The position numbers and the translations under genes were made by a program. The notes under the pieces were generated by a model. The model saw only the letters and a program-made list of their open reading frames with translations. It searched no databases and was not told the origin of the DNA. Below are positions 1 through 13,000 of a DNA stretch of 50,092 nt, piece after piece. The DNA comes from Nemertoderma westbladi (Eukaryota > Animalia > Xenacoelomorpha). Every line of letters starts with the position of its first letter. The stretch's first letter is position 1. The DNA is taken from NCBI GenBank assembly GCA_032718475.1, contig JAUCBJ010009080.1, positions 1 to 50,092 on the forward strand, in the 5' to 3' direction.

Positions 1-1074
1 ATCTGCAAAGATTATACAATGAATTCAGCACCACGAGAATTAAAACAAAGGAAAACAAAAAAATTATCGGCAAGAAAACTTCCATTACTAATATAAAAAC
101 TATAATAAATAAAAAACACCAAAGTAATCATCAGACGCAATAGCTACATTATTTGAAGTCCCAATAACTTTATATAGATCCTCATGACTCTCAAGGCTAG
201 AGTTACATGAGACTTTTAATTATAGATTTGGCCTGACCAACGCACCTTAACCCAAAAACAACCAAAAAACTATTTTATTTTGTATAATTTGTTAGAATTA
301 TTGCCAATGTATATTGTAGTACCAGCTGCCTTTAGGTATAGTACCAATAGAATTGATAGGCGATTAATGCTACGGTCCCTAATGCCTTGTCATCATGTAC
401 TGTATATAGTAGGCCTACTAAGGTGATGTGTACAACACATGAAATAAAATGAGAAAATATAATTATAACCTATCAACACGCCAGTTCGCACCGAGAATAA
501 TGTAAATATTTTTGTTTTTTTGAACTCGCAATGGTAGTGCTTTTAATCACCTTTGACTTGTGCAGTGTACAGAAATAAAAATGACAGATAAACGACAAAA
601 GGCAGCGCAGGACATACTTTCATAAATAGACAGGTGTGCACTTTTAGGGCTTATCGGCTTGAAGCTATAGTATGTAATTGCTGCTACCCGTCGGTTGAGG
701 TTGTTCTTTTAAGATTTAGTTGTTAAAACTACAGTATGAGATTAATTAATTTTATAATTAATAATTACTTGACTTATATAATTTATCTAATATTCAATCC
801 CATGAGGATATCTCTGTCCTATCAAATTAATATTATGAGCGCAATTTTCAAAAACCGTTGGCAGTACGCCATATAAGTTTTGTTTAACGTATATATGAAT
901 TCTTATAGTCGGATTCCTATCTATAGTAAGTGTTGCTTCCATTAAATACTATTTCGTGCGGTGCGGACTTTTCCAGGAATATTCAGTCAGGGAATACGAG
1001 GGAAAACTAAAAAAACTTTCACAATAACTAAATTTCTTAGCATATCCATCGTGTCACATACTTTTATTGACAAA

Positions 1075-1363
1075 GGCTACTGACCGAACCCATTGCTCAA
1101 TTGACCGGATCCGTTGACGGGACGCATTTACCATACCCATTGACCGGACCCATTGCCATTTAAAACAGCAGGTTTGTAATTAGCAGATTACAGAGGCGTG
1201 TTGGGGGAACCAAAACAATAAACGAAAGTTAACATATTACAAGATTATGGATATTACTTAATTGTGGTAATTAGGGTCCGGTCAATAATACACAAGTAAA
1301 ATATATATCAAATATAAAGCTTCAATACGGTATTTAGACGGTCCGGTTAATAGGTCAGAAGCC
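1075..1363. mobile_element. Degenerate MITE-like element with terminal and subterminal inverted repeats
   Basis: GGCTACTGACC (1075-1085) matches the reverse complement of GGTCAGAAGCC (1353-1363) at 10/11. TTGACCGGACCC-like motifs repeat at ~1081-1151 and appear inverted (GGGTCCGGTCAA) at 1274-1285 and ~1339-1350. No target-site duplication is visible. Confidence 0.45.
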
Positions 1364-3873
1364 ACTTCTACTTTTGTTTACTTAATAACGGCCACAACAA
1401 TAACACTGAATAAAATATCTTTGTCAAACTATGTGTCCTATATTTCTCATACATTAGTGTTTTGATTAGAGACAAAAAAAAAACGCAGCCATCTGTCATC
1501 ATACATTTTGTTAGAAATCAAAAGAAACGGGTATGGGTATAATTCTACGCATTCTACGGAAATGGGTATAATTTATATATTAATTTTATATAAGGTGTAT
1601 TATTTAATTGTATCCAATAAATATGGCGTGCCCTGTTGAACCCCGCTGATTCAATCGCTCCTAAGCGGTATTGCGGCAAAGAACAAAACAACATGGCAGG
1701 AATGCAAAGTATCTGGTCGGCTCTGGATCAAATAACTTTAGTAATGTTATTGACAGCTCAAACCACGGGAGGCCATTTCCAAAACCCAGTTTTCCAGACT
1801 TCACGGCACACTACTTTCCTTTGTCGGTGTTTCAGGGAATTAGTGTGGACTGAAAAGTGGACAAGCAATGTGATTGGTTGCCATCCTTGGTAGCCAATGG
1901 TGCGTCTCCTTTAAGGATTGCTATTGGCTATTTAGTTTTTAAGACTTAGCAATGACATAAAGGTATTATTCCTTTCCAGCGTTTTATATTAACATTCAAA
2001 GTCTCTCAGTTTCAATTGCGTTGTATTTATTAAGCTATTTCGTCTAATAAGTGTTTAGTTTTATTATCGAAATTGTTCACTTTTGTTATTGTTTAATTAT
2101 ATTTCCTTGTTTTTGTCATTTTGATATTTTTATCATTGCTATTCCTCGATTATCTCCTGATTCAACTCAAAGTCAAACGAAATGCAAAAGGCAGAAAGGT
2201 TAGTTATCGTTTCCATTACCATGTCAGGTATTTGTACTGTACCGTAGTTGATCTACTTAAGGCGCAATTTGGGTCGAAATTAGAATTAACTTTAAATCAG
2301 CATGATATAGATAGACCTAATGGGAATATTTAGTTTCAATATAGCAATTCAATATAGTGAATCTACTATTTCAATTAACAACAATTTTATTCATTTTATT
2401 AAATTTAGAATTTAGATTCAATTTTTATTAGGCCTATGTTTTGTAAATATATATTTTGTATATAAATTTACATTTAAAGCAATCTAGGCCTAATGTTTCC
2501 ACTGTTAATAAGTGATTGTGACAGACATCGCTAGGTCTTGTTTCATTGGGAGGGGTGCTTTTATATAATCAGCATGGGGCGCACGCGCACCTATACATTT
2601 ATATGCCACGCACAAGCATAGACAAGTGTTTTGCGCTTATATTAGCCTATGCCTAATGGCTAACATTAGTAATCTTATAGGCCTATAGGCCTACAGTAAG
2701 AGAGAGTAATTATATAATAATAATATTTGTATAAATTGGCGGCACGATATGCCTACCCTGCAGCTTGGAAGTTTCACGGAAACCTTATTCTGTTATTCGT
2801 CCCCATCATTTTCAAACAACCTAAATGACAAAATTGACTTTTCCTGTAAAACGGCATTTTTGATTCTAATTTTGTTTTAAAGTAATATTCCAGGATTTTG
2901 GTCTTATTTACTTTTAAATCCATTAAAGTAACGATTTTAAACAGAAACAGTTATGGTATTCGAATTACGTAACATATTATTAGGTAGGAAACAATGTATA
3001 GGGATATAGGTTGTTTTAAAAAAAGTATTACATTTTTTACAATGATTAACTGATTAATGGTTTTATAGGCCTAACGATAAATATCTCAGTTATACGTGGG
3101 AGTATGGCCTTCTAAGTGAGTTTATCGGATTCAGAATACATTTTAACATAAAGAAATGCAGCAATCTCCATTTCGGCAAAAATGGCATATAGGTGGTTTC
3201 AAAATGAAAGGGACTATATAGCAAACTTTAAATTAAACTGAATAACTGAAAGTTTATCCAAAATAAATTCCAGGGTGCAGGGTAGCAGTATTTAAGTATT
3301 GCCTGATTACAGGGTTTTATCATTTTAAATTTTTTATATATAAATATATATTTTTTTGTATCAAATTTTAAGTTAGTGATGTAATGGAATGGACGGTAAC
3401 TTAAAAGTGCGTGGGACTACAGGACAGTGTTTTTGGGGCTCTACAGCTCTAACTTTCAACATGTAAAATTTAAAAGGTTCAAACGTAGATGAAATATTTT
3501 GTCAATGTAGGCCTACCTATCACCATTATTGTATTGTTGCGCACTCTGTACTTTTACCACCTGTTAGTTGTAGTTGATACTTTGAAACATTATTAAAACA
3601 CATTCACGCATTACTGTATGTAAAATTAACAGGGTATTTTTGCCAATATTATTTAAAGTTTCTGATATCTAAAATGTCTGCTGAAATTTATAGTTAGTTT
3701 CTGCCGCATTTTATTTGAATGTAATTTTGACAATAAACCTACTCCTAAATATCACCTACGTATTCGTAGTTTGCATTATTATTGCAGACTTTATTTATGA
3801 TGAACCCCATATTTAGTTTACTGATATCATGTCACAATTATTGTTATCTATGCAATGTTTTATTACATGGTGC

Positions 3874-3939
3874 CATGGAATACTAAATATAGATTCTAGA
3901 AAATAATAGACTAAATAATTATATATTTAGTATTCCATG
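3874..3939. mobile_element. 66-bp miniature inverted-repeat element (18-bp perfect TIRs, 7-bp TSD)
   Basis: CATGGAATACTAAATATA (3874-3891) and its exact reverse complement TATATTTAGTATTCCATG (3922-3939), flanked on both sides by the direct repeat ATGGTGC (3867-3873 and 3940-3946). Confidence 0.85.
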
Positions 3940-4009
3940 ATGGTGCTTAAAAATGGTTATACGACAAGGAATGTTGTACTACGGTAGTGGGTCTACTACT
4001 TGGTAGGCC

Positions 4010-7000
4010 TACTCAGTGGGTGTTATAGAGATGTCGGAACCTAATAGGAGTTTGGGACTTGGTACTCAGTGGGCATTATAGAGATGTTGTAACTCAAAAG
4101 GTTGTATAGGGGCGTGGTACTCAGTGGGCGTTATAGAGATGTTGTAACTCAAAAGGATGTATAGGGGCGTGGTACTCAGTGGGCGTTATAGAGATGTTGT
4201 AACTCAAAAGGATGTATAGGGGCGTGGTACTCAGTGGGCGTTATAGAGATGTTGTAACTCAAAAGGGTGTATAGGAGCGTGGTATTCAGTGGGCGTTATA
4301 GAGATGTTGTAACTCAAAAGGATGTATAGGGGCGTGGTACTCAGTGGGCGTTATAGAGATGTTGTAACTCAAAAGGATGTATAGGGCGTGGTACTCAGTG
4401 GGCGTTATAGAGATGTTGTAACTCAAAAGGATGTATAGGGGCGTGGTACTCAGTGGGCGTTATAGAGATGTTGTAACTCAAAAGGATGTATAGGGGCGTG
4501 GTACTCAGTGGGCGTTATAGAGATGTTGTAACTCAAAAGGATGTATAGGGGCGTGGTACTCAGTGGGCGTTATATAGATGTTGGAACCCAATAGGGGTTT
4601 GGGACTTGGTATTCAGTGGGCGTTATAGAGATGTTGTAACTCAAAAGGATGTATAGGGGCGTGGTACTCAGTGGGCGTTATAGAGATGTTGTAACTCAAA
4701 AGGATGTATAGGGGCGTGGTACTCAGTGGGCGTTATAGAGATGTTGTAACTCAAAAGGATGTATAGGGGCGTGGTACTCAGTGGGCGTTATAGAGATGTT
4801 GTAACTCAAAAGGATGTATTGGGCGTGGTACTCAGTGGGCGTTATAGAGATGTTGTAACTCAAAAGGATGTATAGGGGCGTGGTACTCAGTGGGCGTTAT
4901 AGAGATGTTGTAACTCTAAAGGATGTATAGTGGGCGTGGTACTCAGTGGGCGTTATAGAGATGTTGTAACTCAAAAGGATGTATATGGGCGTGGTACTCA
5001 GTGGGCGTTATAGAGATGTTGTAACTCAAAAGGATGTATATGGGCGTGGTACTCAGTGGGCGTTATAGAGATGTTGTAACTCAAAAGGATGTATAGGGGC
5101 GTGGTACTCAGTGGGCGTTATAGAGATGTTGTAACTCAAAAGGATGTATAGGAGCGTGGTACTCAGTGGGCGTTATAGAGATGTTGTAACTCAAAAGGAT
5201 GTATAGGGGCGTGGTACTCAGTGGGCGTTATAGAGATGTTGTAACTCAAAAGGATGTATAGGGGCGTGGTACTCAGTGGGCGTTATAGAGATGTTGTAAC
5301 TCAAAAGGATGTATAGGGGCGTGGTACTCAGTGGGTGTTGTAGAGATGTTGTAACTCAAAAGGATGTATAGGAGCGTGGTACTCAGTGGGCGTTATAGAG
5401 ATGTTGTAACTCAAAAGGATGTATATGGGCGTGGTACTCAGTGGGCGTTATAGAGATGTTGTAACTCAAAAGGATGTATAGGAACGTATGGTACTCAGTG
5501 GGCGTTATAGAGATGTTGTAACTCAAAAGGATGTATAGGGGCGTGGTACTCAGTGGGCGTTATAGAGATGTTGTAACTCAAAAGGATATATAGGGGCGTG
5601 GTACTCAGTGGGCGTTATGGAGATGTTGTAACTCAAAAGGATGTATAGGGGCGTGGTACTCAGTGGGCGTTATAGAGATGTTGGAACCAAATAGGAGTTT
5701 GGGACTTGGTATTCAGTGGGCGTTATAGAGATGTTGTAACTCAAAAGGATGAATAGGGGCGTGGTACTCAGTGGGCGTTATAGAGATGTTGGAACCCAAT
5801 AGGGGTTTGGGACTTGGTATTCAGTGGGCGTTATAGAGATGTTGTAACTCAAAACGATGTATAGGGGCGTGGTACTAAGTGGGCGTTATAGAGATGTTGT
5901 AACTCAAAAGGATGTATAGGGGCGTGGTACTCAGTGGGCGTTATAGAGATGTTGTAACTCAAAAGGTTGTATAGGGGCGTGGTACTCAGTGGGCGTTATA
6001 GAGATGTTGTAACTCAAAAGGATGTATAGGGGCGTGGTACTCAGTGGGCGTTATAGAGATGTTGTAACTCAAAAGGATGTATAGGGGCGTGGTACTCAGT
6101 GGGCGTTATAGAGATGTTGTAACTCAAAAGGTTGTATAGGGGCGTGGTACTCAGTGGGCGTTATAGAGATGTTGTAACTTAAAAGGATGTATAGGGGCGT
6201 GGTACTCAGTGGGCGTTATAGAGATGTTGTAACTCAAAAGGATGTATAGGGGCGTGGTACTCAGTGGGCGTTATAGAGATGTTGGAACCCAATAGGGGTT
6301 TGGGACTTGGTATTCAGTGGGCGTTATAGAGATGTTGTAACTCAAAAGGATGTATATGGGCGTGGTACTCAGTGGGAGTTATAGAGACGTTGTAACTCAA
6401 AAGGATGTATAGGGGCGTATGGTACTCAGTGGGCGTTATAGAGATGTTGTAACTCAAAAGGATGTATAGGACGCGTTATAGAGATGTTGTAACTCAAAAG
6501 GATGTATATGGGCGTGGTACTCAGTGGTAGTTATAGAGATGTTGTAACTCAAAAGGATGTATAGGGGCGTATGGTACTCAGTGGGCGTTATATAGATGTT
6601 GTAACTCAAAAGGATGTATAGGGGCGTGGTACTCAGTGGGCGTTATAGAGATGTTGTAACTCAAAAGGATGTATAGGGGCGTGGTACTCAGTGGGCGTTA
6701 TAGAGATGTTGTAACTCAAAAGGATGTATAGGGGCGTGGTACTCAGTGGGCGTTATAGAGATGTTGTAACTCTAAAGGATGTATAGGGGCGTGGTACTCA
6801 GTGGGCGTTATAGAGATGTTGTAACTCAAAAGGATGTATAGGAGCGTGGTACTCAGTGGGCGTTATAGAGATGTTGTAACTCAAAAGGATGTATATTGGC
6901 GTGGTACTCAGTGGGCGTTATAGAGATGTTGTAACTCAAAAGGATGTATAGGAGCGTGGTACTCAGGGGGCGTTATAGAGATGTTGGAACTCAAAAGGAT

Positions 7001-10000
7001 GTATATGGGCGTGGTACTCAGTGGGCGTTATAGAGATGTTGTAACTCAAAAGGATGTATAGGGGCGTATGGTACTCAGTGGGCGTTATATAGATGTTGTA
7101 ACTCAAAAGGATGTATAGGAGCGTGGTACTCAGTGGGCGTTATAGAGATGTTGTAACTCAAAAGGATGTATATGGGCGTGGTACTCAGTGGGCGTTATAG
7201 AGATGTTGTAACTCAAAAGGATGTATAGGAGCGTGGTACTCAGTGAGCGTTATAGAGATGTTGTAACTCAAAAGGATGTATAGGGGCGTGGTACTCAGTG
7301 GGTGTTGTAGAGATGTTGTAACTCAAAAGGATGTATAGGAGCGTGGTACTCAGTGGGCGTTATAGAGATGTTGTAACTCAAAAGGATGTATATGGGCGTG
7401 GTACTCAGTGGGCGTTATAGAGATGTTGTAACTCAAAAGGATGTATAGGAACGTATGGTACTCAGTGGGCGTTATAGAGATGTTGTAACTCAAAAGGATG
7501 TATAGGGGCGTGGTACTCAGTGGGCGTTATAGAGATGTTGTAACTCAAAAGGATATATAGGGGCGTGGTACTCAGTGGGCGTTATGGAGATGTTGTAACT
7601 CAAAAGGATGTATAGGGGCGTGGTACTCAGTGGGCGTTATAGAGATGTTGGAACCAAATAGGAGTTTGGGACTTGGTATTCAGTGGGCGTTATAGAGATG
7701 TTGTAACTCAAAAGGATGAATAGGGGCGTGGTACTCAGTGGGCGTTATAGAGATGTTGGAACCCAATAGGGGTTTGGGACTTGGTATTCAGTGGGCGTTA
7801 TAGAGATGTTGTAACTCAAAAGGATGAATAGGGGCGTATGGTACTCAGTGGGCGTTATAGAGATGTTGGAACCCAATAGGGGTTTGGGACTTGGTATTCA
7901 GTGGGCGTTATAGAGATGTTGTAACTCAAAAGGATGTATAGGGGCGTGGTACTAAGTGGGCGTTATAGAGATGTTGTAACTCAAAAGGATGTATAGGGGC
8001 GTGGTACTCAGTGGGCGTTATAGAGATGTTGTAACTCAAAAGGTTGTATAGGGGCGTGGTACTCAGTGGGCGTTATAGAGATGTTGTAACTCAAAAGGAT
8101 GTATAGGGGCGTGGTACTCAGTGGGCGTTATAGAGATGTTGTAACTCAAAAGGATGTATAGGGGCGTGGTACTCAGTGGGCGTTATAGAGATGTTGTAAC
8201 TCAAAAGGTTGTATAGGGGCGTGGTACTCAGTGGGCGTTATAGAGATGTTGTAACTTAAAAGGATGTATAGGGGCGTGGTACTCAGTGGGCGTTATAGAG
8301 ATGTTGTAACTCAAAAGGATGTATAGGGGCGTGGTACTCAGTGGGCGTTATAGAGATGTTGGAACCCAATAGGGGTTTGGGACTTGGTATTCAGTGGGCG
8401 TTATAGAGATGTTGTAACTCAAAAGGATGTATATGGGCGTGGTACTCAGTGGGAGTTATAGAGACGTTGTAACTCAAAAGGATGTATAGGGGCGTATGGT
8501 ACTCAGTGGGCGTTATAGAGATGTTGTAACTCAAAAGGATGTATAGGACGCGTTATAGAGATGTTGTAACTCAAAAGGATGTATATGGGCGTGGTACTCA
8601 GTGGTAGTTATAGAGATGTTGTAACTCAAAAGGATGTATAGGGGCGTATGGTACTCAGTGGGCGTTATATAGATGTTGTAACTCAAAAGGATGTATAGGG
8701 GCGTGGTACTCAGTGGGCGTTATAGAGATGTTGTAACTCAAAAGGATGTATAGGGGCGTGGTACTCAGTGGGCGTTATAGAGATGTTGTAACTCAAAAGG
8801 ATGTATAGGGGCGTGGTACTCAGTGGGCGTTATAGAGATGTTGTAACTCTAAAGGATGTATAGGGGCGTGGTACTCAGTGGGCGTTATAGAGATGTTGTA
8901 ACTCAAAAGGATGTATAGGAGCGTGGTACTCAGTGGGCGTTATAGAGATGTTGTAACTCAAAAGGATGTATATTGGCGTGGTACTCAGTGGGCGTTATAG
9001 AGATGTTGTAACTCAAAAGGATGTATAGGAGCGTGGTACTCAGGGGGCGTTATAGAGATGTTGGAACTCAAAAGGATGTATATGGGCGTGGTACTCAGTG
9101 GGCGTTATAGAGATGTTGTAACTCAAAAGGATGTATAGGGGCGTATGGTACTCAGTGGGCGTTATATAGATGTTGTAACTCAAAAGGATGTATAGGAGCG
9201 TGGTACTCAGTGGGCGTTATAGAGATGTTGTAACTCAAAAGGATGTATATGGGCGTGGTACTCAGTGGGCGTTATAGAGATGTTGTAACTCAAAAGGATG
9301 TATAGGAGCGTGGTACTCAGTGAGCGTTATAGAGATGTTGTAACTCAAAAGGATGTATAGGGGCGTGGTACTCAGTGGGTGTTGTAGAGATGTTGTAACT
9401 CAAAAGGATGTATAGGAGCGTGGTACTCAGTGGGCGTTATAGAGATGTTGTAACTCAAAAGGATGTATATGGGCGTGGTACTCAGTGGGCGTTATAGAGA
9501 TGTTGTAACTCAAAAGGATGTATAGGAACGTATGGTACTCAGTGGGCGTTATAGAGATGTTGTAACTCAAAAGGATGTATAGGGGCGTGGTACTCAGTGG
9601 GCGTTATAGAGATGTTGTAACTCAAAAGGATATATAGGGGCGTGGTACTCAGTGGGCGTTATGGAGATGTTGTAACTCAAAAGGATGTATAGGGGCGTGG
9701 TACTCAGTGGGCGTTATAGAGATGTTGGAACCAAATAGGAGTTTGGGACTTGGTATTCAGTGGGCGTTATAGAGATGTTGTAACTCAAAAGGATGAATAG
9801 GGGCGTGGTACTCAGTGGGCGTTATAGAGATGTTGGAACCCAATAGGGGTTTGGGACTTGGTATTCAGTGGGCGTTATAGAGATGTTGTAACTCAAAAGG
9901 ATGAATAGGGGCGTATGGTACTCAGTGGGCGTTATAGAGATGTTGGAACCCAATAGGGGTTTGGGACTTGGTATTCAGTGGGCGTTATAGAGATGTTGTA

Positions 10001-13000
10001 ACTCAAAAGGATGTATAGGGGCGTGGTACTAAGTGGGCGTTATAGAGATGTTGTAACTCAAAAGGATGTATAGGGGCGTGGTACTCAGTGGGCGTTATAG
10101 AGATGTTGTAACTCAAAAGGTTGTATAGGGGCGTGGTACTCAGTGGGCGTTATAGAGATGTTGTAACTCAAAAGGATGTATAGGGGCGTGGTACTCAGTG
10201 GGCGTTATAGAGATGTTGTAACTCAAAAGGATGTATAGGGGCGTGGTACTCAGTGGGCGTTATAGAGATGTTGTAACTCAAAAGGTTGTATAGGGGCGTG
10301 GTACTCAGTGGGCGTTATAGAGATGTTGTAACTTAAAAGGATGTATAGGGGCGTGGTACTCAGTGGGCGTTATAGAGATGTTGTAACTCAAAAGGATGTA
10401 TAGGGGCGTGGTACTCAGTGGGCGTTATAGAGATGTTGGAACCCAATAGGGGTTTGGGACTTGGTATTCAGTGGGCGTTATAGAGATGTTGTAACTCAAA
10501 AGGATGTATATGGGCGTGGTACTCAGTGGGAGTTATAGAGACGTTGTAACTCAAAAGGATGTATAGGGGCGTATGGTACTCAGTGGGCGTTATAGAGATG
10601 TTGTAACTCAAAAGGATGTATAGGACGCGTTATAGAGATGTTGTAACTCAAAAGGATGTATATGGGCGTGGTACTCAGTGGTAGTTATAGAGATGTTGTA
10701 ACTCAAAAGGATGTATAGGGGCGTATGGTACTCAGTGGGCGTTATATAGATGTTGTAACTCAAAAGGATGTATAGGGGCGTGGTACTCAGTGGGCGTTAT
10801 AGAGATGTTGTAACTCAAAAGGATGTATAGGGGCGTGGTACTCAGTGGGCGTTATAGAGATGTTGTAACTCAAAAGGATGTATAGGGGCGTGGTACTCAG
10901 TGGGCGTTATAGAGATGTTGTAACTCAAAAGGATGTATAGGGACGTGGTACTCAGGGGGCGTTATAGAGATGTTGGAACCCAATAGGGTTTGGGACTTGG
11001 TATTCAGTGGGCGTTATAGAGATGTTGGAACTCAAAAGGATGTATAGGGGCGTGGTACTCAGTGGGCGTTATAGAGATGTTGTAACTCAAAAGGATGTAT
11101 AGGGGCGTGGTACTCAGTGGGCGTTATAGAGATGTTGTAACTCAAAAGGATGTATAGGAGCGTGGTACTCAGGGGGCGTTATAGAGATGTTGGAACTCAA
11201 AAGGATGTATATGGGCGTGGTACTCAGTGGGCGTTATAGAGATGTTGTAACTCAAAAGGATGTATAGGGGCGTGGTACTCAGTGGGCGTTATAGAGATGT
11301 TGTAACTCAAAAGGATGTATAGGGGCGTGGTACTCAGTGGGCGTTATAGAGATGTTGTAACTCAAAAGGATGTATAGGGGCGTGGTACTCAGTGGGCGTT
11401 ATAGAGATGTTGTAACTCAAAAGGATGTATAGGGGCGTGGTACTCAGTGGGCGTTATAGAGATGTTGTAACTCAAAAGGATGTATAGGGGCGTGGTACTC
11501 AGTGGGCGTTATAGAGATGTTGTAACTCAAAAGGATGTATAGGGGCGTGGTACTCAGTGGGCGTTATAGAGATGTTGTAACTCAAAAGGATGTATAGGGG
11601 CGTGGTACTCAGTGGGCGTTATAGAGATGTTGTAACTCAAAAGGATGTATAGGGGCGTGGTACTCAGTGGGCGTTATAGAGATGTTGGAACCCAATAGGG
11701 GTTTGGGACTTGGTATTCAGTGGGCGTTATAGAGATGTTGTAACTCAAAAGGATGTATATGGGCGTGGTACTCAGTGGGAGTTATAGAGACGTTGTAACT
11801 CAAAAGGATGTATAGGGGCGTATGGTACTCAGTGGGCGTTATAGAGATGTTGTAACTCAAAAGGATGTATAGGACGCGTTATAGAGATGTTGTAACTCAA
11901 AAGGATGTATATGGGCGTGGTACTCAGTGGTAGTTATAGAGATGTTGTAACTCAAAAGGATGTATAGGGGCGTATGGTACTCAGTGGGCGTTATAGAGAT
12001 GTTGTAACTCAAAAGGATGTATAGGGGCGTGGTACTCAGTGGGCGTTATAGAGATGTTGTAACTCAAAAGGATGTATAGGGGCGTGGTACTCAGTGGGCG
12101 TTATAGAGATGTTGTAACTCAAAAGGATGTATAGGGGCGTGGTACTCAGTGGGCGTTATAGAGATGTTGTAACTCAAAAGGATGTATAGGGACGTGGTAC
12201 TCAGGGGGCGTTATAGAGATGTTGGAACCCAATAGGGTTTGGGACTTGGTATTCAGTGGGCGTTATAGAGATGTTGTAACTCAAAAGGATGTATAGGGGC
12301 GTGGTACTCAGTGGGCGTTATAGAGATGTTGTAACTCAAAAGGATGTATAGGGGCGTGGTACTCAGTGGGCGTTATAGAGATGTTGTAACTCAAAAGGAT
12401 GTATAGGAGCGTGGTACTCAGGGGGCGTTATAGAGATGTTGGAACTCAAAAGGATGTATATGGGCGTGGTACTCAGTGGGCGTTATAGAGATGTTGGAAC
12501 TCAAAAGGATGTATAGGGGCGTGGTACTCAGTGGGCGTTATAGAGATTTTGTAACTCAAAAGGATGTATAAGGGCGTGGTACTCAGTGGGCGTTATAGAG
12601 ATGTTGTAACTCAAAAGGATGTATAGGCATAGGGGCGTGGTACTCAGTGGGCGTTATAGAGATGTTGTAACTCAAAAGGATGTATAGGAGCGTGGTACTC
12701 AGGGGGCGTTATAGAGATGTTGGAACTCAAAAGGATGTATATGGGCGTGGTACTCAGTGGGCGTTATAGAGATGTTGGAACTCAAAAGGATGTATAGGAG
12801 CGTATGGTACTCAGTGGGCGTTATAGAGATATTGTAGCTCAAAAGGATGTATATGGGCGTGGTACTCAGGGGGCGTTATAGAGATGTTGGAACTCAAAAG
12901 GATGTATAGGGGCGTGGTACTCAGTGGGCGTTATAGAGATGTTGTAACTCAAAAGGATGTATAGGGGCGTGGTACTCAGTGGGCGTTATAGAGATGTTGT

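Noticed and set aside
1636-2333. Short ORFs in the left flank (also those at 28202-30905 and 47034-49083)
   Set aside because: All are under 90 aa, mostly with non-ATG starts, AT-biased composition and no recognisable motifs.
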